Counted from the first letter of the stretch, positions 44,266 to 54,647 are shown. The stretch: 64,000 nucleotides of DNA from Bryobacterales bacterium (GCA_965247515.1 OZ252029.1:6828692-6892691), one strand, 5' to 3'. Notes: a model not told the origin generated them from the sequence alone. Translations and numbers: made by a program.

Positions 44266-45993
44266 CTAGTCGTTCGCTCTTAGTGGGCCGCCGCGACGTC
44301 CGACGAAAACGGCGCTGGCAACAGCTAGTGCAAGAAGCCCCAGTCCCCCGGCAGTGTCGCCCAAGGTGAGCTTGCCGATTGCGAACAAAGAGGAGTAGAG
44401 CGCCACGCAGCTCGCCGCAAAGCCCATCACGAGCCCTTGACCGCTCGGGGAGGCGTCGCCCGCCAAAGGCTTCCACCCCAAACGACCTGGGCTCGCTCGC
44501 TGGTAGAAGGCCTCAAGGGTCTCGCTGGGTTCCGGAGGAGTCAGGTACGTAACAGCGACCCAGATCAGGGTCGTTCCGGCTACAGAGATCAGCATGAGCC
44601 ATGCGAAGTCGTTCGGGTCGCCGGTGTCGTACCCCAATCCAAGCTGGAGCCACAATGAGATCAAGGCGGCCGCCGACATGGCGGCGACTTCGCTCCATGC
44701 GTTGATCCGCCACCAGTACCAACGCAGGATCAGCACGCCGCCCGTACCGGCCCCGGTCGCGAGTAACAGCTTCCAAGCGCCGGCGATCGAATCCATGTAG
44801 AACGTCGTGATCGCGGCAAGCACGGCTAGTAGCGCGGTCGACCAGCGCCCTGCGCGAACCAAGTCCGTTTGCGAAGCCTTAGGCCGCAAGAACCTGCGAT
44901 AGACGTCGCTGACCAGATAGCTCGAGCCCCAATTCAGGTTGGTGCTCACCGTCGACATGTACGCCGCGACGAACCCCGCCAGCATCAGCCCCCGCAGAGA
45001 CGGCGGCAAGTGGTAGATCATCATTCTGACGTAGCCGATCTCGGGGTCGTCCAAACCCGGGTAGAGGACCATCGCGGCCAGGGCTGTGAGGATCCAAGGC
45101 CACGGCCGGACAGCGTAGTGCGCCACCGTGAACCAAAGCGTGGCCAGCATGGAATGCCGCTCGTCGACCGTCGAGAACATTCGCTGGGCGACGAACCCGC
45201 CCCCGCCCGGCTCCGCCCCCGGATACCAGGTCGACCACCAAACGACCGCCAGGTAAACGAACAGCGCCAGCGGCGGCATCCAGGGCGAATCGGCCGGCGG
45301 GAAGAACGCTAGCGGAGCTCCCTCGGCCTGCGACAGGGTTGACGTCAACCGGCCGATTCCGCCAGCCGCATCCACCGCGAAAACAGCGAGCACAACCGCC
45401 ATCGACATCATCAAGACGAACTGGAAAAGGTCGGCGACGAGCACCCCACGAAGCCCGGATAACGCGGACGTGCCGCAGGTCAAGGCCGTGATCGCCAACA
45501 CCACGAAGATCGCATCCACGCGTTCCAGCCCTAAGGTGAGGCCTAGCACCTTGACCATCGCCAGGTTGACCCAACCGAGCACGATGCAGTTGATCGGCAA
45601 CGCCAAGTAGAGCGCCCGGAAGCCTCTTAAAAATGCCGCCGGCCGCCCCGAGTAGCGGATCTCGGCGAACTCTACATCGGTGAGCACGTTGGCCCTGCGC
45701 CAGAGCTTTGAAAAGAAAAAGACCGTCAGCAAATTGCTGAATGCAAAGTTCCACCACAGCCAATTGCCGGCGATGCCGCCGGCCGCCACCATGCCGGTTA
45801 CCGCCAGCGGGGTATCGGCGGCGAACGTCGTGGCCACCATCGACGTCCCCGCAAGCCACCAAGGGACCGAGCGTCCGGAGACGAAAAACTCCTCGACGCT
45901 GCTGCCGGCGCGGCGGCGGTAGATCAACCCGATCGCAATCGTGACGGCGAAGTAGGCCCCGACGAAGAACCAGTCGACTGGACCCAGAAGCAT
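44266..45993 (-). CDS. Sodium:solute symporter (SSS) family transporter
   Basis: 575 aa, multiple TM segments, SSF N-terminal signature ..FFVSGRSVPWWLAGTSMVATTFAADT.. Confidence 0.8.
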   Translation of the reverse strand: MLLGPVDWFFVGAYFAVTIAIGLIYRRRAGSSVEEFFVSGRSVPWWLAGTSMVATTFAADTPLAVTGMVAAGGIAGNWLWWNFAFSNLLTVFFFSKLWRRANVLTDVEFAEIRYSGRPAAFLRGFRALYLALPINCIVLGWVNLAMVKVLGLTLGLERVDAIFVVLAITALTCGTSALSGLRGVLVADLFQFVLMMSMAVVLAVFAVDAAGGIGRLTSTLSQAEGAPLAFFPPADSPWMPPLALFVYLAVVWWSTWYPGAEPGGGGFVAQRMFSTVDERHSMLATLWFTVAHYAVRPWPWILTALAAMVLYPGLDDPEIGYVRMMIYHLPPSLRGLMLAGFVAAYMSTVSTNLNWGSSYLVSDVYRRFLRPKASQTDLVRAGRWSTALLAVLAAITTFYMDSIAGAWKLLLATGAGTGGVLILRWYWWRINAWSEVAAMSAAALISLWLQLGLGYDTGDPNDFAWLMLISVAGTTLIWVAVTYLTPPEPSETLEAFYQRASPGRLGWKPLAGDASPSGQGLVMGFAASCVALYSSLFAIGKLTLGDTAGGLGLLALAVASAVFVGRRGGPLRAND

Positions 45994-46110
45994 GGGCCGC
46001 GATTATAGCCCCAGTCGGGAACGGAGCACGTAGCCGGCAGACGAAAAAACCCGGCGGCCAGGGGCCGCCGGGTCAGGTAGGGAGAGAGAGTTGTCGCCTA
46101 CGTCAGTGGT

Positions 46111-46653
46111 TTAGATCTTTTCCACTCGGAGGTTGTTGGTCACCGCGAAGGCGCCGGAGACGCCGTTGGCCAGTATTCCGGCCACGTTCTTTTCGCTTTC
46201 ACGATTGACCACGCCTTCGAGCCGGATCTCACCGTTCTTCACAATGATGTGAATCGGCGGAACCGACCTGAATCCGTAGCGGTTCAGCACGGGGTGAGTG
46301 TAGAGCGCTCTCAGCGCGGCAATTCGAATGCGGTCGTCATGGAATGAAGTGGGCAGAACCTCGAGGTTGTTGACGACTTCATTGACGCCTTCGACTTGTA
46401 GCGCGACGCGCTCGACTGACTTGCGCATGGACGGGCGATAGACTTCGCCGTTCAGCGTCACCGTGTTGCCGTCGAGGCTAAACGTCACATTGTCAAACAG
46501 GCTGTAGAAGGGCAGCGTGACGATCTGCTTGCGTACCTTCTCGGCTACTCGAGCCTGTTCATCGGTAAATCCGTTATGGGAGGTCGCTAGAGCCGGCAAC
46601 GCGGCCAGGCCCAGTGCGAGACTCAAAATGAAAAGACGGGGCTTTTTCAGCAT
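46111..46653 (-). CDS. BON-domain (OsmY-like) periplasmic protein
   Basis: Signal peptide plus two BON-like segments. The start is probably MLKKPRLFILS. Confidence 0.65.
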   Translation of the reverse strand: MLKKPRLFILSLALGLAALPALATSHNGFTDEQARVAEKVRKQIVTLPFYSLFDNVTFSLDGNTVTLNGEVYRPSMRKSVERVALQVEGVNEVVNNLEVLPTSFHDDRIRIAALRALYTHPVLNRYGFRSVPPIHIIVKNGEIRLEGVVNRESEKNVAGILANGVSGAFAVTNNLRVEKI

Positions 46654-46876
46654 TGTTGTTTCTCCTTGCTCTTGCGTTATTGTTTTCGAACTCATGTTGT
46701 CTGTCACTTGATTGGATGCTGGAAGCAAGCAAAAAGGTACAAAAAAATTACAAACCGCTTGCGTTTGGTATTTCCCGTGTGGTATGGGCTCTCATCGGAG
46801 ATGCGGTCGTTGTCGACCATACCCTTACGGGCATGGCACGTGGAACGCGTCTGCCGTCATCCACGTGCCCCGCGCG

Positions 46877-48778
46877 TAAGGGGCTGTGAAATAAACCCGT
46901 CGTGGCCGCCGAAGCTCCCCTGGGGCGGTTCGGAATGGCGCGAGTGGATCAAAATGGGATAAAACATGAGGGCAAACGAATGTTCGGATAACTTGGCGGC
47001 GGCGTCCAACGCCCTTATTATATGGGCGAACAACAGGTCTTAGTCGAGCTCAGGCAACGCCCCGCCAAGCCGCGCCAAGCCGTGCCCGTTGACCAACTGC
47101 AGCTGCGACAGCCCAATCGCGACCAATTCACCTATGCCGCGATCGACGTCGAACGGCTCGTGCCGGCCGACCATCTGGTGCGCGCCATCTGGGAGCTGAG
47201 CGGCATGCTCGACCTGTCCGGCTTCGCTGCTCATCTGGAAACCCGCAAGGAGTCCGCCGGGCGGCCGGCATGGGATCCGCGGTTGCTGGTCGCGATCTGG
47301 ATCTGGGCGTATTCGGAAAGGATGAGCTCGGCGCGTGAGATCGCGCGTCAAAGCCGCTATCGGCCGGAGTTGGAGTGGTTGTGCGGCATGGCGGTCGTCA
47401 ATCATCACACTCTTTCGGATTTTCGGGTATTCCACTCAAAAGCTCTCGAGAACTTGTTGACACAGGTATTGGCGCTGCTGAGTCAAGAGGGGCTGGTGGA
47501 TCTCGAGCAGGTGGCCGTCGACGGCACGCGGATCCGGGCGCAAGCCTCGGGCGGGTCGCAACGCAGGCGTCCGACGCTCGAGCGGCATCTCGAACAAGCG
47601 CGCGAAGCGGTGCGTCAACTCTCGGAAGAAGCCGACGACGAGGGTTCGAATCGGCGGCGTCAGGCGGCGCGTAAGCGGACCTTGCGGGAGCGAGTCGAGC
47701 GGATGGAGCAGGCGCTGGAGGAACTGCCCAAGGTCGAAGCGGGCAAGCGCGACGAAGAGCAACGACGCCAGGCGCGGGTGAGCGAGAGCGAGCCGGAAGC
47801 GCGCCCGCAACACGAATCCAACGGCGGTTGGGGACTCGGCTACAACGCGCAGCTGGCGACCGACGCCAAAGAGAAGATCGTGGTCGGCGTGGAGTTGACC
47901 AACAACGCCTCCGATGCGGGCCAGCTGACCCCGACGCTGGACGATGTGGAAGGGCGCTTCGAGCGAACCCCGAAGCAAGTGTTAGCGGACGGGGGCTACG
48001 CCAACCAGGCCAACATCGAGGCGCTGGCAGCCGCTGAAATCGAATACGCGACGCCGGCGCCGGCGCCGGACAAGGGCTCGAAGGCGGCGTTGAAGGCGGC
48101 GGGAATTGGGCCGCGCTACGCGCCGAAGTTTTTCATCTACGACGAGGCGACAGACACGTTTCTGTGTCCGGCCCAGCGGACCTTGACGTATCAGCGATCG
48201 TCGCTGAAGCGGAAGCGCAAATATCGGCAGTATCAGGCAAAAGAAGCTGATTGTCGCGAATGCGCACAGCGGCACAAGTGCTGCCCCAAGAGCGGTCATC
48301 GAACGTTGAGCCGCAGCGAAGAGAACGCGGTGATGGCGAAACATCGGCGCTGGATGGAGAGCGAGCGTGGGCGGGCGGCGTATCGCAAGCGGTCCGAGAC
48401 GGCGGAGTTTCCGAACGCCTGGTTGAAAGAGCGATTGGGGGTGCGCAAGTTTCGAGTACGAGGGCTGCGGAAGGCGCGATCGGAGCTTTTGTGGGGGGTT
48501 TTGGCGTACAACATTGCGGCTTGGATCCGGCTGGTCTGGCGTCGTGGGCCGGAGTGCGGGCTGGCGGCGCAAGCGGCGGCGTAGCGGCGGTTGGGGGGGC
48601 GAAAAGGGCCGGGAAACGGCCCGAAACGACCGTTTCCGGGCCGCTTGGGCGGCCAATCAGGAGTCGAGGCGCAGAAGTTGCGGTTTCGGCAGGGGCGGCG
48701 TTCGGCAGCGCTGAGCTTGGCGTGCGCTTGGCGCTCCCGCGCGCCGACGCGACAATAGGTTTTCTTCACGGCCCCTTA
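46877..48778 (+). mobile_element. IS5/IS1182-like insertion sequence, copy 2 (inverted relative to copy 1)
   Basis: Same terminal repeats. The right end abuts REP sequence cggtcgcggctccggg. Confidence 0.8.
47022..48584 (+). CDS. IS5/IS1182-family DDE transposase (copy 2; a few substitutions vs copy 1)
   Basis: 520 aa, 99% identical to the 13513-15075 ORF. Confidence 0.8.
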   Translation: MGEQQVLVELRQRPAKPRQAVPVDQLQLRQPNRDQFTYAAIDVERLVPADHLVRAIWELSGMLDLSGFAAHLETRKESAGRPAWDPRLLVAIWIWAYSERMSSAREIARQSRYRPELEWLCGMAVVNHHTLSDFRVFHSKALENLLTQVLALLSQEGLVDLEQVAVDGTRIRAQASGGSQRRRPTLERHLEQAREAVRQLSEEADDEGSNRRRQAARKRTLRERVERMEQALEELPKVEAGKRDEEQRRQARVSESEPEARPQHESNGGWGLGYNAQLATDAKEKIVVGVELTNNASDAGQLTPTLDDVEGRFERTPKQVLADGGYANQANIEALAAAEIEYATPAPAPDKGSKAALKAAGIGPRYAPKFFIYDEATDTFLCPAQRTLTYQRSSLKRKRKYRQYQAKEADCRECAQRHKCCPKSGHRTLSRSEENAVMAKHRRWMESERGRAAYRKRSETAEFPNAWLKERLGVRKFRVRGLRKARSELLWGVLAYNIAAWIRLVWRRGPECGLAAQAAA

Positions 48779-49370
48779 CGGTCGCGGCTCCGGGGCGCCC
48801 GCCCGGCCGCAGCGCATCGAGATAGATACTCATACCGCGCCCGCACAACCGTATGACAGCAGGGTCCCTTGCGCCCTTTGCCAGACCCGCGGCGTCGCAA
48901 TCGACACTCATGTCAACGTAGCCCCGAGCCTTCGAGCTTCTAAGCGACTCCGCCAGCTCGTCTCTCACGTCGTCAATCAGGCGCTGGAGCTTCACCTGAA
49001 AGGCATCGTCGGTAACGGACAACTCCTGAACGAGGTTGTTGAGAGGACACCCCAGTTCCGATATCTTCTCGTCGCCGCTGCTCATCCCCTCGAGAATCGC
49101 CGCAATGCCCTCCACCGGATCCGGCGAGCTCCTCAGCGGTCCGAGCCACGCCCGATCGATATACGATCGAATCACTTCATCTACGATCGCACGACCCAGC
49201 GCCGCCTTGTTCTCGAAGTGATAATAGAACGCTCCCTTCGTCAATCCGATCCCATCGAGAATGCGATCAAGGCTTGCGGCGCGAAAGCCCAGGCGGCGCA
49301 CCTGCTCGTAACTGGCAGCGAGAATCTGATCCCGCGTCTCAGGCGTTTGAGTCGATGCTTTCGCGATCAT
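48657..49370 (-). CDS. TetR-family transcriptional regulator. Its C-terminal ~40 codons run into the REP/IS end.
   Basis: N-terminal TetR HTH ..LGFRAASLDRILDGIGLTKGAFYYHF.. Confidence 0.7.
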   Translation of the reverse strand: MIAKASTQTPETRDQILAASYEQVRRLGFRAASLDRILDGIGLTKGAFYYHFENKAALGRAIVDEVIRSYIDRAWLGPLRSSPDPVEGIAAILEGMSSGDEKISELGCPLNNLVQELSVTDDAFQVKLQRLIDDVRDELAESLRSSKARGYVDMSVDCDAAGLAKGARDPAVIRLCGRGMSIYLDALRPGGRPGAATVRGREENLLSRRRAGAPSARQAQRCRTPPLPKPQLLRLDS

Positions 49371-49826
49371 ACCGACGGGTATGATCCTATGGACGAAAGG
49401 CGTCGCGTGTCAAGTTCGAGGCTGAGCCGCCTCGATCCCCAAGGCGCGCCGGAAGAACCACTTCAGAAACCGATCGTGCCAACTCTTAAGACGAGGATGC
49501 CGCCCAATCCCGCGGCGCACCCCGCGGCGGTAAGCGGACAAGATTCGCCAACCTGGGCTCGACAGCACAAGCTCGAGCCGCTTTCGTAGGAGCCTGGCTT
49601 CGGCCTCCAGCCTGGTCTCGTCGAATTCCCGACTCGCGGGGACGTCGGCGCTGTGCCGCTCCAGCCGACGCGACGGCGCACCGACCGGAGCATTCCGATC
49701 GTGAATCGGGGCGTGCCGAGCTTCAGCAGTTAGTTCCGACATGGCTGAAAGGGGCGCCAGCAGTCGGTATCATAGCGCGATTCCCCTAAATTGGGGTGAT
49801 CGCTATAAAAATTGTCAGCAGGAGAA

Positions 49827-50255
49827 CTAGCCTTGACCGTACGGCGCCGCTTCAATCATCGCGTCCACGGCCGGCGGTATCGCTGAAGAGTGATAGGCTC
49901 CATCCTCACCCTTGGTTACGAAGACGAATGTCAGCTTCCCTCGCGCCACCTCTTCCACGCCGCGCTTAAACGAAACGACGTAGGAAAGCGACGTCGCGCC
50001 CTTCCGGCTGATCCAAAGGTGGCAGTCGAGAATGTCGCCGAAACGGGTCGGTTTGAGAAACTCGGCGCTGACCGCCACCCGGGGCGTAACGAAAAGCGAG
50101 TCATCGGGCCTGAGGCCTTTTTCGCCGAAAAGAGACAACAGGAACTCGGTCTCCGCCTCCTCCATATAACGAAAGTAGTTCGTGAAATGGATCAGCCCCC
50201 CCGCGTCGGTTTCCTGGAAATGAATCCGCCTTTTGTAGTGGAATTCGTAGGCCAT
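49827..50255 (-). CDS. Hotdog-fold acyl-CoA thioesterase (YbgC/4HBT-like)
   Basis: ..IHFQETDAGGLIHFTNYFRYMEEAE.. matches the 4HBT family. Confidence 0.7.
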   Translation of the reverse strand: MAYEFHYKRRIHFQETDAGGLIHFTNYFRYMEEAETEFLLSLFGEKGLRPDDSLFVTPRVAVSAEFLKPTRFGDILDCHLWISRKGATSLSYVVSFKRGVEEVARGKLTFVFVTKGEDGAYHSSAIPPAVDAMIEAAPYGQG

Positions 50256-51529
50256 CAGGTCACCAGCGAGCTATAGACATCGACGGTCTCACGGGCCATT
50301 CGCTCGGCCGTAAACCGTTTGAGAACAGCGCTCCGCCCTCGCTCTCCCATTCTGGCAGCTTCGGCGGGGTCGTCCATCAGCCGCTCGAGAGCGGCCTGCA
50401 ACTGGTCGATCGAACCGGGCTCAAACAGTAGGCCACCCCCTGTCGGCTCGATCAGCTCGGGGAAGATTCCAATCCGCGGTTGAACAACCGGCACGCCGCA
50501 CGCCCAAGCTTCCAACACATACAATCCTTTCGAGGCCCCGTAAGTCGTGGGCACCGACAGCACATCGATGTCCCGCAGGAGAGCGGCCTTGGCCAGGCGA
50601 GGGACGTCACGTTGCACCTGCCAACGATCCGCCAGACCTTCCGCCTCCATGAAGGCCTGAAGCTCACGATTGAAGGACGCGTCGTGCTCCGGGCTCAGCC
50701 AGCCGGCTACCCTTAGCGACGCATCGGCCTTGGCGCTAAGCCCCGCGAATGCGCGAGTGAGCAGTTCGAGGCCTTTCTCGGGGGCGATTCGCGCGACATA
50801 GCCGATCGAGAACTTCCTTCCGCCGCGGGGTGGGCCTGGGCTGAGTCCTTCGAGCGATATGCCGGGATAGACGACCCAGATGTCCTCCGCGGGACGGTTC
50901 ACCCATGGCCCAAGGGCGCGAGCGTGGTCGCGGCTGGGGGCGATGAACTGGTCCACATGGGCCGCGTTCTCAGCAAGGGTCTCGAGGCACTGACTCTGAA
51001 AGGGTTCGGGCAACCCCTTGAGGTAAACATCCTCGCCTTGCAACGAGCACACGACCGGGATGCCAAGCTCCCGCCGGATGGGCTCGGCCAGCCCAACGAG
51101 CATCGAGTTGGTGAGATGAACGATTTCAGGCCGCAGACCGCGCAGCCCGTCGATCAGCCTCTCGATCTCCTTCCCCAGCGGCCCCGCTTCTCCTTCGAAG
51201 GTCGCCAGGGTGAGCGCTCCAAGCTCCTCGGGCCGCGTCTTGACGGCGTACTTTGAAACCTGCCGCAACAAGGCTGGATGGTCGAGGACCCGGTCGAGGA
51301 ATCGCGGCAACTTGCGAAAGAGCCGATAGCGCTGTTGCAGGTAGATATTGACGCCGCCGAGGAAGACGCGCTGCTCGGACACGTCAGGCTCGTCGGTGCG
51401 GATCGGCGTGTAGATCGGCAGCAGGATGACGTCGTGGCCGAGCTTGCGCATCGCGGCCGCTAGGGCGTTGTCGCTCAGACAGTTGCCGCAAAGCGTGCCG
51501 CCCGCTCCAGCGGTGATATAGGCTACGCG
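50255..51529 (-). CDS. Family 4 glycosyltransferase (GT-B)
   Basis: GT4 C-terminal EGFG-like region ..EAWACGVPVV..E.. Probable GTG start at 51529. Confidence 0.7.
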   Translation of the reverse strand, partial: RVAYITAGAGGTLCGNCLSDNALAAAMRKLGHDVILLPIYTPIRTDEPDVSEQRVFLGGVNIYLQQRYRLFRKLPRFLDRVLDHPALLRQVSKYAVKTRPEELGALTLATFEGEAGPLGKEIERLIDGLRGLRPEIVHLTNSMLVGLAEPIRRELGIPVVCSLQGEDVYLKGLPEPFQSQCLETLAENAAHVDQFIAPSRDHARALGPWVNRPAEDIWVVYPGISLEGLSPGPPRGGRKFSIGYVARIAPEKGLELLTRAFAGLSAKADASLRVAGWLSPEHDASFNRELQAFMEAEGLADRWQVQRDVPRLAKAALLRDIDVLSVPTTYGASKGLYVLEAWACGVPVVQPRIGIFPELIEPTGGGLLFEPGSIDQLQAALERLMDDPAEAARMGERGRSAVLKRFTAERMARETVDVYSSLVT

Positions 51530-53031
51530 CACTTCGCCTCGGGGAAGAATTTTCGCAATGTAGCCCGGCTCGGGGGCTTTGTGAACAGCGAGACTCCGAC
51601 CAGGGTGACAGCTGACGAAAGGAAGATTGTCAACACAGGCATCAGGCCCATGAACAAGTAGCCGCCCTCGGCCCCGTAGCCGCTCGCGTGAAACAGCGCG
51701 AACCAGACGACTCCGGCCACCGCGATGGAGGCCATTCCTCCCGCTTTGGTCACGCCTCGCCAGTAGAGGGCGCCGCACAGGAGGGGGAACAGCCCGGTGA
51801 AGCCCGAGAAGCACCAGATCCCCATCGCAAATACGGCTCTGGGTTCGCCCAACGAAAGAAGATAGGTCACGGCAACGACGGCGACGACGAAGCCCCGGCC
51901 AAGCGCCAGGCGCGAGCGGTCGCTGATCGTGCCGTGCCTGAGCGGAGCGACCACATCATTGGCAAAGATCGAGCCCAGCGCCAGGAACTGCGAATCGAGC
52001 GAAGACATGATCGCCGCTAGTATGCCCGCGCCGAGCAGGCCGCCAATCAATGGTTCGGTCAGAGCTTCGACCATCGTAGCCAGCTCCGTGTTGGGAGCAT
52101 GATCGAGGGGAACGACCAATGATCCATCAGGCAAGGCCGCGGCCGTCGCCCAAACGCCAATCATCACCGTCGGAACCCACAGGATCATGATGAGCACGGG
52201 ATGAGCCGCGATCGTCAGCTTGAATGATTGCGCCGAGCGCGCCGTGAGCCAATGTTGAAACAGGTGCGGGAACATCGCGGCCGACAACGGAATCAGCCCG
52301 TAGGTGAGGAACTGGAGATGACTATACTCCTCGCCTCGAACAAGCCTCTCCGGATGCGCCGCCAGCACAGCTTCGGTCGCCGCCTCTGCTCCGCCGAGCT
52401 TCGAAGCGATCAGCGTGAAGGCGATCACACCAGCCACGATGAACACGAAAGCCTGGAGGGTGTTCGCCCATGCCGCCGCCCGTAGTCCGCCGAAGAACAC
52501 GTACGACAGCACGACTAGGCAGATAACGAAGCTCGTCACCGCCGGCGCCATCCCGCCGGCCGCGGGAAAAGCCTCGCGGGTCAGGGCCCGCACGACGCCG
52601 CCGGCGCCGAGTAGCCCGGTCAGCAAATACGGAATCACCAACCCGACCAGGACCGGAAACAGCAGCCAGCCGATCGCTTGACTCTCAAAGCGGTCGCGGA
52701 AGAACTGGATCTGCGTCACGTAGCCGTGGCGTTTCCCCAAGACCCACAGCGGAACGCCGATCAGCAGAAAGACGCCGGTGTGAACGATTGCCGACCACGA
52801 GGCCAGCGTCCCGAACACTCCGATTCCGCCGCGGTAGGCCTCGCCGCTGCTGCCGACCAAAGCGAAAGCGGTCATCGACGTCCCAAACAGCGACATCAAC
52901 AGCATCACCGGCCCGATCGACCGGCTGGCAACGAAGAAGTCCTGGGATGTGCCGCGAAAAAGTCGATTCGTCACCAGCCCAAGGCCGAGCACAAGGGCCA
53001 GGTAGAGGCCCATGATGACCAGTTGGGTCAT
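51523..53031 (-). CDS. Sodium:solute symporter (SSS) family transporter
   Basis: Multi-TM SSF-like transporter. Start MTQLVIMGLYL overlaps the stop of the DUF3311 gene. Confidence 0.75.
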   Translation of the reverse strand: MTQLVIMGLYLALVLGLGLVTNRLFRGTSQDFFVASRSIGPVMLLMSLFGTSMTAFALVGSSGEAYRGGIGVFGTLASWSAIVHTGVFLLIGVPLWVLGKRHGYVTQIQFFRDRFESQAIGWLLFPVLVGLVIPYLLTGLLGAGGVVRALTREAFPAAGGMAPAVTSFVICLVVLSYVFFGGLRAAAWANTLQAFVFIVAGVIAFTLIASKLGGAEAATEAVLAAHPERLVRGEEYSHLQFLTYGLIPLSAAMFPHLFQHWLTARSAQSFKLTIAAHPVLIMILWVPTVMIGVWATAAALPDGSLVVPLDHAPNTELATMVEALTEPLIGGLLGAGILAAIMSSLDSQFLALGSIFANDVVAPLRHGTISDRSRLALGRGFVVAVVAVTYLLSLGEPRAVFAMGIWCFSGFTGLFPLLCGALYWRGVTKAGGMASIAVAGVVWFALFHASGYGAEGGYLFMGLMPVLTIFLSSAVTLVGVSLFTKPPSRATLRKFFPEAKCA

Positions 53032-53255
53032 CCCTCGTCCGGCCAGGCGTACTTGGCCGCCAGAGACCAAACCACGGCGGCCGCGCAGCAATAGACAGCG
53101 TGGTAGGCGAGCCCGATGGGCATGAAGCCAAACACGAGGGTCGAGTCATTCCACCACCAAAAGTCGTGGTGCAGAATCGCCAGAAGCAAGATCAAGAGGT
53201 AGACAACCGCGCGAGGCATCGAACGAGGAGCCAGGGTAGCATCCCCGCAGTCCAT
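53028..53255 (-). CDS. DUF3311-like small membrane protein partner of SSS transporters
   Basis: 75 aa, two TM segments, HHDFWWWN motif, translationally coupled to the transporter. Confidence 0.6.
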   Translation of the reverse strand: MDCGDATLAPRSMPRAVVYLLILLLAILHHDFWWWNDSTLVFGFMPIGLAYHAVYCCAAAVVWSLAAKYAWPDEG

Positions 53256-53652
53256 TCCGCACGACTTGTCTTCAAGTCGGGAATTGGGTTCGTTTCGAAA
53301 TTAAGCTATTTTGGGGCCAAGTTTTCGATGGCAGTACTCCTGGTACGTTGATCCTGCAAGCCAAGCGAGGCGATCAAGATGTGAAGCCCCCCCGTTGTTA
53401 TGCGGGCCATTCCGGGCAAAAGCGGAAATCTGTGGGTAAGACCGTGGAAGCTGTGAGCCGTGGGCGGCCGGCCGTTGGCGGTTGGGTGGGACATGTCGGT
53501 TTTAGTATGACTTGCGTTTCGGCTCCTGCCTCGGGACGGCGAGCGCAAGTTGTTGATGAGTCGATGCTTACTTTTTTCGTAAAGCGGTGATGACAGGTCG
53601 AAGCTGACGAACAGGCGCGAATCGGGCCCCGTCCCCGCAAGCGCCCCCTGCT

Positions 53653-53964
53653 TCACTGCTGCTTGACTTTGGCGTCGTAGAGATTCATCCCGTACGCCTC
53701 TTTGACCGCGTTGATCAGGTCCGCCACCTTGACCTGTTCGGCGTCATACTTCACGACGGCTTCGTTTTTGGACAACGAAACGTCCACCCCTGCTACGCCC
53801 TTGACCGATTCGAGTGCAGACTGCACTACGTCGACGCAGGCTGTTCACGTCATCCCGATGATCTCGAGGGTCACCGTTTTCTCTTTCGCGGGCGTTTCCG
53901 CGAACGCAGCGCCGGCGAGCATGGCCGCCGCGGAAATGCTCGCCGCGAAAATACGTCTTAGCAT
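53653..53964 (-). CDS. Periplasmic HMA-domain (MerP/CopZ-like) protein with in-frame TGA at the first Cys of the GMTCxxC motif (GMT-U-TAC); candidate selenoprotein
   Basis: Signal peptide MLRRIFAASISAAAMLAGAAFA, then TVTLEIIGMT-TGA-TACVDVV...KVADLINAVKEAYG (HMA fold). A bulged-U hairpin with GUC loop lies 17-30 nt 3' of the TGA. Confidence 0.5.
53811..53832 (-). promoter_or_regulatory. SECIS-like hairpin: CG-U(bulge)-AGUGCA-GUC-UGCACU-CG
   Basis: Upper stem and loop UGCA-GUC-UGCA with a bulged U below. This resembles the E. coli fdhF SECIS apical region UGCA-GGUC-UGCA with bulged U. Confidence 0.45.
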
Positions 53965-53998
53965 GTCGTCCTGCTCTAAGGCTGAGCTTGGCTTCTTG

Positions 53999-54400
53999 TT
54001 ACATCCCCATGCGTGGCATGGTCTTGATCTGATCGGCCGTCTTGCCGGGGATGGCGCCGTCGCCGGCGTGCCAGCCTCCCTTGCATTCGTTACAAACAGG
54101 CATGTCTTTCGCGGCGTTCATACCGCACGGGCACTGGCCCATCTTTAGCGCGCAAGAGCTGCAAGCGGTCCTGAGGCAACAGGCGTACTTGCCGTCCGCC
54201 ATCGCCTGAGCTTTGACTTTTTCGATCTGAGCATCGGCCTTCTGCATGGCTTTCGGCCGATTCATCATCATTTGCTTCATCATTTCCATTTGCTTCGACA
54301 TGCCTTCGTCGCTTTGGGCGATCGCGACAGCGCCCCAGCCCGCGGTGAAAACAGCCAGCGCGAGCAGAGCGGACATGAAGAACTTGCTGCTGGGGTTCAT
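53999..54400 (-). CDS. Secreted Cys-rich protein (14 Cys; CxxC/CPC clusters); possible metal-binding partner
   Basis: Signal peptide MNPSSKFFMSALLALAVF. C-terminal ..YACCLRTACSSCALKMGQCPCGMNAAKDMPVCNECKGGWHAG.. Confidence 0.4.
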   Translation of the reverse strand: MNPSSKFFMSALLALAVFTAGWGAVAIAQSDEGMSKQMEMMKQMMMNRPKAMQKADAQIEKVKAQAMADGKYACCLRTACSSCALKMGQCPCGMNAAKDMPVCNECKGGWHAGDGAIPGKTADQIKTMPRMGM

Positions 54401-54647
54401 TTGACGCCTCCTACGCGTAACTTCTCGCGGCACGCATGCGGTTGACGGCTCCTGGTCCCGGCTCGCACAGCGCGCCTGTCGGGGTGGAACCGGACTGAAG
54501 CGGCGACAACGAACCCGGGGACCTTCGCCTCCGTTTCTTTCTCTACCTGAGTATTCGCGCCCGGCGGCAAGCCAGTTACTTCGAGCCGAAGAATTTGCCT
54601 ACGTACTCGCGGACTCCGCTCACTCGAAAACCCACTCCACCGGTCGA

